Shown here one piece after another: positions 1 to 13,899 of a stretch of DNA of 64,000 nucleotides (position 1 is the first letter of the stretch; each line of letters opens with the position of its first letter). Under the pieces are notes generated by a model. The model worked only from the letters and a program-made list of their open reading frames with translations. It had not been told where the DNA came from and searched no databases. Source of the stretch: Eledone cirrhosa (taxonomy: Eukaryota); NCBI GenBank assembly GCA_964016885.1, contig OZ024766.1:6510001-6574000 (forward strand), written 5' to 3'. The position numbers were made by a program, and so were the translations under genes.

Positions 1-84
<84 letters not shown>

Positions 85-329
85 TATATATATATACACA
101 CACATATATATATATATATACACACATCAGCATACGGGTATGTACACATGGTTGTTATCTTTCCTTTATCAGCACCACACCACTGACACCCCCACCACTG
201 AAACCTCCACCACACCACTGATACCTTCACCACACCACTGACACCTCCACCACACCACTACAGCACTACCCCTGTCTACCTTGATAGAAAAGTAGTTTCA
301 TTGATTAGATTCATGTGGGTTTGAATGGT

Positions 330-354
330 GAATATATATGTATGTATATATATG

Positions 355-389
<35 letters not shown>

Positions 390-430
390 GTATATATATG
401 TATATATATATGTATATATGTATATGTATA

Positions 431-477
<47 letters not shown>

Positions 478-836
478 ATATATATATATATATATGTGTG
501 TATATATATATATATATGTATATGTATGTATGTATATATATATGTATATGTATGTATATATGTATGTATATATATATGTATATATATATGTATATATATA
601 TATGTATATATATATGTGTCTGTATATATATATATGTATGTATATATGTATGTATATATATATGTATATATATATGTATATATGTGTCTGTATATATATA
701 TATGTATATATATATGTATATATATATATGTATATATATATGTGTATGTGTGTGTCTATATATGTGTATATATATGTGTGTGTGTGTGTGTATATATGTG
801 TATATATATATATATATATGTGTGTATATATATATA

Positions 837-879
<43 letters not shown>

Positions 880-889
880 ATGTATTATA

Positions 890-922
<33 letters not shown>

Positions 923-1281
923 GTGTATGTATTATATATATGTTTGTGTGTATGTATTATATATATGTTTGTGTGTATGTGTATATATATACATGTGTGC
1001 GTGTATGGATATATATGTGTGCGTGTATGTATATATATGTGTGTGTGTATATATGTGTGTGTATATATGTGTGTGTATGTATATATATATGTGTGTATAT
1101 ATATATGTATGCATATATATATGTGTGTGTGTATATATATATATATGTGTGTGTCTGTATATATATATATGTATATATATATATACAGACACACACACAC
1201 ATATATATGTGCATACATATATATATACATATATATATACATACATATATACATGTATATATGTATGTATATATATGTGTG

Positions 1282-1283
<2 letters not shown>
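330..1283. repeat. Compound (TA/TG)n microsatellite; similar tracts at 3690-4230, 24420-25145, 25530-26265, 32570-33225, 35290-36100, 52620-53720, 58880-59600 and 59990-60545, with (TC)n at 38965-39510
   Basis: Direct inspection. Confidence 0.92.
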
Positions 1284-1987
<704 letters not shown>

Positions 1988-2099
1988 TATGTCTGTCAAA
2001 ACGGCCAGAGTTTCAGCAGATATGATCTTCAGTAGAGCCAGAGATAACACAGGGCTTAGTGTACTACGTATAGGACTTAAACCTATAAAATGATATATT

Positions 2100-3560
2100 A
2101 CACCACACCACACCGCACCACTACACCACACCGCACCACACCACACCACACTACACCACCACACCACACTACACCACCACACCACACTACACCGCACCAC
2201 ACTACACTACACCACACCACACACCATACACCACACCACACACCATACACCACACCACACCACACCACACCACACCACACCACACCACACCACACCACAC
2301 TACACTACACACCATACACCACACCACACCACACCACACCACACCACACTACACCACACCACACCACACTACACCACACTACACTACACTACACCACACC
2401 ACACTACACCACACCACACCACACCACACCACACCACACCACACCACACCACACCACACCACACCATACACCACACTACACTACACTACACTACACTACA
2501 CTACACTACACTACACTACACTACACCACACCAGACTACACCACACCAGACTACACCACACCACACCACACTGCAACACACCATATACCACACTACACCA
2601 CACCACACCACACCATACACCACACCACACCACACCATACACCACACTACACCATACACCACACTACACCACACCACACCACACCACACTACACTACACC
2701 ACACCACACCACACCACACCACACCACACCACACCACACTACACCACACCACACCAGACTACACCACACCACACCACACCACACCACACTGCAACACACC
2801 ACACTACACCACACCACACCATACACCACACCACCATACACCACACCACACCACACCACACCATACACCACACCACACCACACCACACCATACACCACAC
2901 CACACCACACCACACCACACCACACCACACCACACACAACACCACACCACACCACACACAACACCACACCACACCACACCACACCACACTACACCACACC
3001 ACACCACACTACACCACACCGCACCACACACAACACCACACCACACCACACCACACCACACCACACTACACCACACCACACCACACACAACACCACACCA
3101 CACCACACCACCACAACACACCACACCACACCACACCACACCACACCACACCACACCACACCACACCACACACAACACCACACAACACCACACCACACCA
3201 CACCACACCACACCACACCACACCACACCACACCACACCACACCACACCACACCACACCACACCACACACAACACCACACACAACACCACACACAACACC
3301 ACACCACACCACACCACACCACACCACACCACACCACACCACACCACACCACACCACACCACACCACACCACACACAACACCACACACAACACCACACAC
3401 AACACCACACACAACACCACACAACACCACACCACACCACACCACACCACACACAACACCACACAACACCACACCACACCACACCACACCACACACAACA
3501 CCACACACAACACCACACCACACCACACCACACCACACCACACCACACCACACCACACCG
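2100..3560. repeat. (CACCA)n microsatellite; related tracts at 17430-18200, 51336-51830 (reverse) and 60780-61230
   Basis: Direct inspection. Confidence 0.92.
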
Positions 3561-3606
3561 CAGATAACTAAGGCCACATTGCCCATTGTGTGTATATAAA
3601 TATGTA

Positions 3607-3685
3607 CTGGGTGTCCCGAAAAAATGTATACACACTTTGATGAGCATGATGTTGAAGTGTGTATACATTTTTGGGGGACACCTCT
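3607..3685. mobile_element. Same MITE family, diverged
   Basis: TIR match; further copies at 21544-21620 and partial at 25464-25515. Confidence 0.7.
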
Positions 3686-3959
3686 TACATATGTATGTGT
3701 ATGTATATAATATGTATAGATATATATATGTGTGTGTGTGTGTGTGTATGTGTGTGTGTGTGTATGTATGTATATATGGGTGTGTGTATGTATGATTATG
3801 TGTGTATGTGTATATGTATATATGTGTGTGTGTATGTATATGTGTGTGTGTGGTATGTATGTATGTGTGTATGTATATGTGTGTGTGTGTGTGGTATGTA
3901 TGTATGTGTGTGTATGTATATGTGTGTGTGTATGTATATATATAATATATGTGTATATA

Positions 3960-4030
<71 letters not shown>

Positions 4031-4127
4031 ATATATATATATGTCTGTGTGTGTATATATATATATATGTCTGTGTGTATATATATATATGTCTGTGTGT
4101 GTATATATATATATATGTGTGTGTGTG

Positions 4128-4176
<49 letters not shown>

Positions 4177-4559
4177 GTGTGTGTGTGTGTATATATATAT
4201 ATGTGTGTGTATATATATATATATATACTGCATGTATAATGTAAGTATGATGTTTATGTAATATGTAAAATATATTTTATATATATATAGAAAACATTTT
4301 TTCCCATTCCTTCCCGCCCATCCCCTCAATCTATTTTATTTCCCATTCTTTTTTCCGATGAAGGACTAGCGTCCGAAACGTTAAGACCCTCTTCCTGATA
4401 TTTCAAGCGTTAACCTGATATAAACCTTCCATATACTGTACCGATTCTGTTGTTATTTCTGTTTACCTTTTACACGCGCATCTATCTATCTATCTATCTA
4501 TCTTTGTTATAAATTTTATTTTTTGTTATATTTTATTTTATTTTTATATATTGTTATTG

Positions 4560-4650
4560 CCTCCTCCTTATTGAGGACGCCTTGTTTTGTAAACTCTCCC
4601 CCATTGTACTTGTCCCACTTTTGATGCCCTGGTGGCAAATAAAAGAAACA

Positions 4651-4685
<35 letters not shown>

Positions 4686-5390
4686 ACACGTTTTTATTGT
4701 ATGTAAACTTCCCCCTTTGTATTTGTCCCCTTCTTTTGTGCCCCTGTGGCTAATAAAGAAACATATTTATCTATCTATCTATCTATTTATCTATCTCAGA
4801 AGGAAGGTGAGAGTGGAGAGAGAGAGGGGCTACACCCCAGTAATTTCACTGAAAGGTGGGTGAATGTGGCGAGAATGGCCCGAGTGAATGGGCCCTTCTC
4901 TGTATATAAACCTGTAGGTTGAGGAAGATAAACAGAGGGAAGACGGGAACACCTACAAAACGTGTTCCTGGTGTTGAGGGTTGTTCTATCCACGGGGTAT
5001 AAGACAACTCATCCCTTTCTTTAAGTACCACTTCAGAAAGAAGGTGAGAGTGGAGAGAGAGAGGGGCTACACCCCAGTAAATTCGCTGAAAGGTGGGTGA
5101 ATGTGGCGAAAATGGCCCGAGTGAATGGGCCCTTATATAGTGAATGGCCTCTGTATATAAACCTGTAGGTAGAAGACGGGAACACCTACAAAACGTGTTC
5201 CTGGTGTTGAGGGTTGTTCTATCCATGGGGTGTAAAACAACCCCGCAGTAACGTCCCCCCCCCCTATTGGGGATTTCGATTGTTATTTTATTATATATAG
5301 TTTATTGTTATTTATTAATGTTAAAGTTAGTCTTGTAATGTCCCATTTTTGTATGCCCCTGTGGCAAATAAAGATCTCTCTCTCTCTCCA
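4560..5390 (+). mobile_element. L1/Tx1-like LINE 3' fragments (duplicated ORF end and 3' tails)
   Basis: RRKVRVER...KF.ERWVNVA-type coding remnant and gcccctgtggc(a/t)aataaag tails followed by (TCTA)n; clade assignment is inferred. Confidence 0.5.
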
Positions 5391-5410
5391 TATATATATA
5401 TATATATATA

Positions 5411-6682
5411 TCATCATCATCATCATTTTACATCCACTTCTCCCTGCTTGCAAGGGTGGGACGAGAACTGATTCTGGCTTGATTTCTACAGCTGGATGCC
5501 CTTCCTAACACCAACCTCATTTACAGTGAGTGCTGGGTACTTTCTTGCCGTGGCACCTCCACGACCACTTTACAGTGAGTGCTGGGTGCTTTTTTGCCGT
5601 GGTACCTCCACGACCACTTTACAGTGAGTGCTGGGTGCTTTTTTGCCGTGACACCTCCACGACCACTTTACAGTGAGTGCTGGGTGCTTTTTTGCCGTGG
5701 TACCTCCACGACCACTTTACAGTGAGTGCTGGGTGCTTTTTTGCCGTGACACCTCCACGTCCTCTTTACAGTGAGTGCTGGGTGCTTTTTTGCCGTGGCA
5801 CCTCCACGACCACTTTACAGTGAGTGCTGGGTGCTTTTTTGCCGTGGTACCTCCACGACCACTTTACAGTGAGTGCTGGGTGCTTTTTTGCCGTGGTACC
5901 TCCACGACCACTTTACAGTGAGTGCTGGGTGCTTTTTTGCCGTGGCACCTCCACGACCACTTTACAGTGAGTGCTGGGTGCTTTTTTGCCGTGGTACCTC
6001 CACGACCACTTTACAGTGAGTGCTGGGTGCTTTTTTTGCCGTGGCACCTCCACGACCACTTTACAGTGAGTGCTGGGTGCTTTTTTTGCCGTGGCACCTC
6101 CACGACCACTTTACAGTGAGTGCTGGGTGCTTTTTTTGCCGTGGCACCTCCACGACCACTTTACAGTGAGTGCTGGGTGCTTTTTTGCCGTGACACCTCC
6201 ACGTCCACTTTACAGTGAGTGCTGGGTGCTTTTTTGCCGTGGCACCTCCACGACCACTTTACAGTGAGTGCTGGGTGCTTTTTTGCCGTGACACCTCCAC
6301 GACCACTTTACAGTGAGTGCTGGGTGCTTTTTTTGCCGTGGCACCTCCACGACCACTTTACAGTGAGTGCTGGGTGCTTTTTTGCCGTGGCACCTCCACG
6401 ACCACTTTACAGTGAGTGCTGGGTGCTTTTTTGCCGTGGTACCTCCACGACCACTTTACAGTGAGTGCTGGGTGCTTTTTTGCCGTGGCACCTCCACGAC
6501 CACTTTGCAGTGGAATGTTAGGGACCCCACTCCCTATCATCTCATTTCTACAGCTGAGTAAACTGGAGCAACGTGAAATAAAGTGTCTTGCTCAAGGAAA
6601 CAACACATCACCCGGTCTGAGAATTGAACTCACAACCTTTCGATTGCAAGGCCAATGCTCTAACCACTAAGCCATGTGCCTC
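5411..6682 (-). mobile_element. SINE family A with an internal ~20 x 49-bp tandem array (5520-6510)
   Basis: Same head and tail; unit actttacagtgagtgctgggtgcttttttgccgtggcacctccacgacc. Confidence 0.85.
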
Positions 6683-7272
6683 TATATATATATCATTACA
6701 TCTTTACACCGTCCCACCCACCTGATGAGATAAGTCGGACCACATTGCCACCATTGTAATTAGGTAGAATATCAGATAACAACTGGAATGGTATGGAAGG
6801 GTTGCTGTGGCAACAGTGGTATGGCAGTGGTGTGGTGGTGGTGGTGGTGGTGATGTAATTATGATGTTGGTGATGTGTTGGTGGTGTCTGTCTGTCTGCC
6901 TGCCTGCCTGCCTGTCTGTGTCTGTCTGTCTGTCTGTCTGTCTGCCTGTCTGTCTGTCTGTCTGTCTGTCTATATGTCTATCTATCTGTCTGTCTGTCTA
7001 TGTGCCTGTCTGTCTGTCTATATGTCTGCCTGTCTTTATATCTATGTCTGTCTCTATCTCTCCCCCTCCACCCCCTCTCTCCCTCCATCCCCCTCTCTCA
7101 TTCCCTCTCTCTCTCTCTCACTCTCTCTCTCTCTCTCTCTCTCCATCCTTTACTACACACACCTCTAACTAATTCACAAATTAACCAATTAAAAATATAT
7201 ATATATTTAAAACTATATTAATTATTCTCTCTTCTCTCTCTCTCTCCCCCGCGCCACAGGCTCTCTGTCAAG

Positions 7273-8011
7273 ATGACCACGAAACGGAGAGTGTTGAGAG
7301 AACCATGGCATTCACACATTTCACAACCACATCAGAAGACGACGATGAAAAGAGCGACGAAATCGCAGACGACGAAAATGACGAAAGTGATGAAAAAGAC
7401 AAAAATGACAACAAAAACTATAAAAACGCTGCCAAAAGTGATAAAAATTTCACCAAAAGCGATGAAAGCGATGACGACAAAATCGACGACGACAATGACG
7501 ACGACGAAAGAGACGAAAGCGATGAAGAAAGTGACGAAAACCTCACCAAAAGTGATGAAAACGAAGAATATGATGAAAACTCCAAATGTGATGAAAGCGA
7601 CGAAAGCGATGAAGGCAACGACGAAAACGATGTCAGGGTTGCTAATGACGACATCTCTTTTGTTTTTTCTCGCCACTGACCTTCTGCTCGTGTCGCCGAC
7701 AGCCGCGTCTGACGATGATGACCTCCGCGACCTCGACAACCCTCATGCCTATACCTTTACCGTCCCTGGCAGTTCGTTCCTGTCCTTTCAGCCTTCGTAT
7801 TCCAACAGGCAACACCAAAGACTCGGACTAAACTTTAGAACTTTCCAATCGGACTCTCTGCTTCTTTATCACACAACGACAGATGACGTTATTGACCGAG
7901 TATTGAATCCTCTACTTCAGATCTATGAGCTGAAGGTTGAATTAAAGCAAGGTAGCCTTCACGTTAGTTACCGCCTTAACGAGTTCCAGGATAACTTCGT
8001 CATCGGACAAA
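7273..8011 (+). CDS. Exon 1: K/T/M-rich leader (first ATG 7273), signal peptide from ATG 7630 (MSGLLMTTSLLFFLATDLLLVSPTAA), start of LamG1
   Basis: Acceptor cacag at 7259, donor A|gtaagt (phase 1); LamG-like GLNFRTFQSDSLLLY. The true start codon is uncertain. Confidence 0.85.
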
Positions 8012-8085
8012 GTAAGTAACGAGCTTTCTTCTTTAACTTTTCCTCCTCCTTCTTCTTCTTTGTAGATTTGTACGTGTGTGTGTGT

Positions 8086-8495
8086 CAGGTTTAGCTGGCC
8101 TCCTCCAAGGTATATCTCGTTGGAGGTGTCTTGGGTGATTTAATGATAGGGACCCCAGTCCTATCATGTTACATCTCACACCTATGCAGGTTTAGCTGGC
8201 CTCCTCCAAGGTGTATCTCGTTGGAGGTGTCTTGGGTGATTTAATGATAGATGATAGGACCCCAGTCCTATCATGTTACAGCTCACACCTATGCAGATTT
8301 AACTGGCCTCCTCCAAGGTATATCTTGTTGGAGGTGTCTTGGGTGATTTAATGATAGGGACCCCAGTCCTATCATCTCATTTCTACAGCTGAGTAAACTG
8401 GAGCAACGTGAAATAAAGTGTCTTGCTCAAAGAAACAACACATCACCCGGTCTGAGAATTGAACTCACAACCTTTCAATTGCAAGCCCAATGCTT
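8086..8495 (-). mobile_element. Partial SINE family A plus three ~101-108-bp tandem units
   Basis: SINE head/body at ~8350-8495; caggtttagctggcc-type unit start recurs three times. Confidence 0.7.
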
Positions 8496-8579
8496 CATGG
8501 CAGGAAACTGGAATAAGCACCGGCCAAATAAGCCTTCTGGCTTTAGATAGACTTTAGACTTTATATATATATATATATA

Positions 8580-9225
8580 TCTAGGGCGGGTAAAATTCCC
8601 TGAGATCCAAGTTCTCTCCAGCGGTCTCTGTCCCTCATTATCGCTGCCATGTCCTGCGTCTCCAACAGACCAGTATTTGTTCTTAGGGCATCAACATATG
8701 TTAACCTCGGTCTCCCTCTTCCAGTGTGTCCAAGCACGGGTTCCCACAGGAGCACTGAGTGCAGTGTCAACTCTGGTTGTCGGTGAGCATGTCCAGCTAA
8801 CTTAGTGTGTCCATGTAGGGGCTCCCACAGCAGCACTGAGTGCAGTGTCAACTCTGGATGTCGGTGAACATGTCCAGCTAACCTAGTGTGTCCATGTAGG
8901 GGCTCCCACAGCAGCACTAAGTGCAGTGTCAACTCTGGATGTCGGTGAACATGTCCAGCTAACCTAGTGTGTCCATGCAGGGGCTCCCACAGGAGCACTG
9001 AGTGCAGTGTCAACTCTGGATGTCGGTGAACATGTCCAGCTAACCTAGTGTGTCCATGTAGGGGCTCCCACAGCAGCACTAAGTGCAGTGTCAACTCTGG
9101 ATGTCGGTGAACATGTCCAGCTAACCTAGTGTGTCCATGCAGGGGCTCCCACAGGAGCACTGAGTGCAGTATCAACTCTGGATGTCGGTGAGCATGTCCA
9201 GCTAACCCCAGTCTCCTCTGGGATA
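8580..9225 (-). mobile_element. RTE-like LINE 3' fragment with an 81-bp tandem amplification
   Basis: Translation LAGH..R...LLWEP..G...RGRPRLTYVDAL....M.DRDRWR resembles the RTE-clade ORF C-terminus; ~5-6 units. Confidence 0.75.
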
Positions 9226-9233
9226 CTCTCGAG

Positions 9234-9262
<29 letters not shown>

Positions 9263-9264
<2 letters not shown>

Positions 9265-9599
9265 CATCATCATCATTTTACGTCTGCTTTTCCCTGCTTG
9301 CAAGGGTGGGACGGGAACTGATTCTGGCTTGATTTCTACAGCTGGATGCCCTTCCTAACACCAACCTCATTTACAGTGAGTGCTGGGTGCTTTCTTTGCC
9401 GTGACACCTCCACGACCACTTTGCAGTGGAATGATAGGGACCCCAGTCCCTATCATCTAATTTCTACAGCTGAGTAAACTGGAGCAATGTGAAATAAAGT
9501 ATCTTGCTCAAGGAAACAACACATCACCCGGTCTGAGAATTGAACTCACAACCTTTCAATTGCAAGGCCAATGCTCTAACCACTAAGCCATGTGCCTCC
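9263..9599 (-). mobile_element. SINE family A, full length
   Basis: Near identity to the other copies. Confidence 0.88.
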
Positions 9600-10198
9600 A
9601 TGTATATATATATATCCGGAAAAGATATCGGATGTATATGAGAGCAATTGGGAGTTAGAAAGACTATGGTAAGCTAAGTACTCAATACTTTGTAGAGTGT
9701 AGGTACTTTAAAGTGTGTATAAAGACATACATACCACACACATCCTCACAACTCCCCCCCTTATTTTCCAGCTCTCCCTATCCCATCCCCCCAGCCCTAT
9801 CTACACATCTATCAGTGAGTGGCCCCTAGAGAACCTGTGTACATTACAGCAACCCTTACCCCTACTCTAACCAACCCACTATACCACCCCACCCACCCCA
9901 CCCCTGCCATAAAACTCCCCGGGGGGTGAGGTGAGGTGGGGTGTCGGATAAACTTTCACAGATTTTTTGAAATTAAATTCTTGTATGAATGTATGTAAGT
10001 GGCGGATGGTTGGTGGGGAGTGGGGCAGGTTGTGTGTGTGTGCGTGTGTGTGTGTGTGTGTGTGTATGGGTATGTGCGTGTGTGTGTATGGGTGTGTGTA
10101 TGTATGTGTGGTGGGGGTAGCATGCCTGTATAGATATGTGTGTGTGTGAATATGTTTATGAGCGTGCATGTATGTAAATCTATGTATATATATATATT

Positions 10199-10229
<31 letters not shown>

Positions 10230-10269
10230 GTATGTGGATATATATATTTATATATATTCATATGTATGT

Positions 10270-10328
<59 letters not shown>

Positions 10329-10396
10329 CATCTTCATTTAATATCCGATTCCTCTATTAGCAAATATATATACATCCATATATATATACATATATA

Positions 10397-10437
<41 letters not shown>

Positions 10438-10460
10438 TTATATACATATATACATATATA

Positions 10461-10520
<60 letters not shown>

Positions 10521-10651
10521 TTTACATATACATATATATATATACACATATATATACACAAACACAGATACATATAAAATAAGGCATTTCCTGTTATTTT
10601 AGATCTGAATAACAATTGGCAAAAATGCACACACACACATATGTGTGTGTA

Positions 10652-10697
<46 letters not shown>

Positions 10698-11029
10698 ATA
10701 GGTGATTCAATGAATTACTGGTGGTACCAATATGAGCACTTGATATGCAGGAAGAGTGTATATAATAAGGAAAAACTAAGTTTCGCTTACATATTCCTAT
10801 TGGTTATGCACGGAAACTATTGTAAAGTATTCTTTACAATAATTATCATCATCGTTTAATGTCCACTTGCTCTGTTAGCAAGGGTTGAATGGGTCTATAT
10901 AGACCAAGTCAGTGTTGAAGCATGGCTACTGACCCCTCAGACTGGCCCCATGTGACTTCTATACAGTCTTTCTTAGGCATATACATATATATGTGTATGT
11001 GGGTGCGTGTGCGTCTATGTATATATATA

Positions 11030-11360
11030 AGCTCCCAGTCCACGCTGTAATGTGGCCGTGTAGGTAACATGGTAAAAACCTCCCAGTCCACACTGTAATG
11101 TGGCCGTGTAGGAAACACGGTAAAAAGCTCCCAGTCCACACTGTAATGTGGTCGTGTAGGTAACATGGTAAAAAGTTCCCAGTCCCACACTGTAAATGTG
11201 GTTAGTGTTAGGAAGGGCATCCAGCCGTAGTAAACCTGCCAGATAGTCCTATATGAGCAAGACACGGTCACCCGACCAGCCTTGCCTCAAGTGGGACAAC
11301 TCCCGTCTAACCCATGCTAGTGTGGAAGATAGACGTTAAACGTTGATGATGATGATAATG
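11030..11360 (+). mobile_element. Headless SINE-A-related element (sister subfamily)
   Basis: Shares GGAAGGGCATCC and a (GAT)n tail; relatives at 15668-16245 (+), 28090-28265 (-), 31003-31255 (-). Confidence 0.7.
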
Positions 11361-11369
11361 ATATATAGT

Positions 11370-11570
11370 ACCGAGAAATCCCAGTGGAAGGAAGACGCAG
11401 TGGAGGAAGACTCCGAAAAACATGGGCGGAGGTGGTGAGAGCTGACCTCAGATCGCTGAAGCTTACAGAGATGACGACGAAGGACCGTGACAAGTGGAGA
11501 GATGCTGTGCTGAATAGGACCCGTCCCACCCTTGAAAGCAGGGAAAAGCGGACATAAAATGATGATGATA
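11370..11570 (+). mobile_element. RTE-like LINE 3' end
   Basis: VEGRRSGGRLRKTWAEVVRADL...KDRDKWR followed by the tail shared with SINE A. Confidence 0.75.
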
Positions 11571-11685
11571 ATATATGTGTATGTTTATATATGTATATGT
11601 GTGTATATATATGTGTTTATCTAAAGACATTTTTTTTCCAATTCCAACCCACCTTTCCCCTCAATCTATCTAATTTCTCATTCTT

Positions 11686-11721
11686 TCTTCTGATGAAGGA
11701 CTAGCGTCCGAAACGTTAAGA
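11686..11721 (+). ncRNA. Minimal type-I hammerhead motif (Penelope-type)
   Basis: UCUU-CUGAUGA-A-GGAC(uagc)GUCC-GAAAC-GUU-AAGA; degenerate copies at ~4352-4386 (+) and ~12129-12165 (-). Confidence 0.65.
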
Positions 11722-11806
11722 CACTCTTCCTGCTATATCAAGTGTTAACCTAATATATCCCTTCCATATACTGTACTAATTGTGTTGTTATTTCTGTTTA
11801 CATTTT

Positions 11807-11845
<39 letters not shown>

Positions 11846-12235
11846 ATTAACAAATGGAAACTATATTTATAAAACCATATTTATTTCATTATACATATTT
11901 CAAGGACACCAAGTTAAATTACGGTGTGCTTTCATCAGATAAAATATAATATAGAGCAGTTTTATAAATAAATATTGACATACCCTTAAAGAATGCAACC
12001 ATTTCTGTTGGAAGCTCCCGGATAGTCATGTATGTATGTATGTAAAAGGTAAACAGAAATAACAACACAATCAGTACAGTATATGGGCGGAATATATTAG
12101 GTTAACTCTTGATATAGCAGGAAGAGGGTCTTAACGTTTTGGACGCTAGTCCTTCATCAGATGAAGGAATGAGAAATAGGATAAATTGAGGGGAAGGATG
12201 TGGTGGAATTGGAAAAAATGTATTTTCATAAAAAT

Positions 12236-13537
12236 AACAGGTCCATTTCTGTTGAAAACTGGCCTTTAGATAAAAATAATAGGTCCATTTCTGTTGAAAA
12301 CTGGCCTTTAGATAAAAATAATAGGTCCATTTCTGTTGAAAACTGGCCTTTAGATTAAAATAGTAGGTACATTTCTTGGAAAACTGGCCTTTAGATAAAA
12401 ATAATAGGTACATTTCTTGGAAAACTGGCCTTTAGATAAAAATAATAGGTACATTTCTTGGAAAACTGGCCTTTAGATAAAAATAATAGGTCCATTTCTG
12501 TTGAAAATTGGCCTTTAGATAAAAATAATAGGTCCATTTCTTGGAAAACTGGCCTTTAGATAAAAATAATAGGTCCATTTCTTGGAAAACTGGCCTTTAG
12601 ATAAAAATAATAGGTCCATTTCTGTTGAAAATTGGCCTTTAGATAAAAATAATAGGTCCATTTCTTGGAAAACTGGCTTTTAGATAAAAATAATAGGTCC
12701 ATTTCTTGGAAAACTGGCCTTTAGATAAAAATAATAGGTCCATTTCTTGGAAAACTGGCCTTTAGATAAAAATAATAGGTCCATTTCTTAGAAAACTGGC
12801 CTTTAGATAAAAATTATAGGTCCATTTCTTAGAAAACTGGCCTTTAGATGAAAATAATAGGTCCATTTCTTGGAAAACTGGCCTTTAGATAAAAATAATA
12901 GGTCCATTTCTGTTGAAAACTGGCCTTTAGATGAAAATAATAGGTCCATTTCTTGGAAAACTGGCCTTTAGATAAAAATAATAGGTCCATTTCTGTTGAA
13001 AACTGGCCTTTAGATAAAAATAATAGGTCCATTTCTTGGAAAACTGGCCTTTAGATAAAAATAATAGGTCCATTTCTTGGAAAACTGGCTTTTAGATAAA
13101 AATAATAGGTCCTTTTCTTGGAAAACTGGCCTTTAGATAAAAATAATAGGTCCATTTCTTGGAAAACTGGCCTTTAGATAAAAATAATAGGTCCATTTCT
13201 GTTGAAAACTAGCCTTTAGATATAAATAATAGGTCCATTTCTGCTGAAAACTGGCCTTTAGATAAAAATAATAGGTCCATTTCTGTTGAAAACTGGCCTT
13301 TAGATAAAAATAATAGGTCCATTTCTTGGAAAACTGGCCTTTAGATAAAAATAATAGGTCCATTTCTGTTGAAAACTGGCCTTTAGATAAAAATAATAGG
13401 TCCATTTCTTGGAAAACTGGCCTTTAGATAAAAATAATAGGTCTATTTCTGTTGAAAACTGGCCTTTAGATAAAAATAATAGGTCCATTTCTGTTGAAAA
13501 CTGGCCTTTAGATAAAAATAACAGGTCCATTTCTGTT
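12236..13537. repeat. Minisatellite, ~31 x 41/42 bp
   Basis: aaaactggcctttagataaaaataataggtccatttc(ttgg/tgttg). Confidence 0.92.
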
Positions 13538-13627
13538 GATATCTCTTGGAAAACGGGCTTTTTGTGTATGATTTATTTTTTTAGAAAAGTTGATGATGGA
13601 GTGCAAAATATTTTCTGTTTATTTCAG

Positions 13628-13804
13628 ACCTAAATGACAATAAATGGCACAAGTTGGAAATTAATATGGACATCAACACGGGGGGATTTGCTGTCTCCCT
13701 AGACTCCTATGATTCCCGACAGGGAGACCTGAAGGCCTACAAACCCCTCATACAAAAGAACGCTTTGCAGTGGGAGCAACTGCCCTCAACAATATATTAT
13801 GGAG
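13628..13804 (+). CDS. Exon 2, LamG1 (LNDNKWHKLEINMD...TIYYG)
   Basis: ttcag| and G|gtcagt; phase 1-1. Confidence 0.88.
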
Positions 13805-13899
13805 GTCAGTACTTTGGTTGTGGTGTTGGTGTTGGTGTTGTTGGTGTTGTTGTTGTGGTGTTGGTGTTGTTACTGTTGTTGGTGTTGTTGTTATTGACA

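Noticed and set aside
6721-6760. CTGATGA here and at ~58823 and ~39812
   Set aside because: No stem II plus GAAA plus closing stem I; chance matches
7332-7739. Hydrophobic antisense ORFs over exon 1
   Set aside because: Mirror of the purine-rich repeat on the plus strand; no independent support
12236-13537. CRISPR-like regular repeats (also 5520-6510 and 36790-38470)
   Set aside because: Head-to-tail units without unique spacers, in a eukaryotic context with no cas genes
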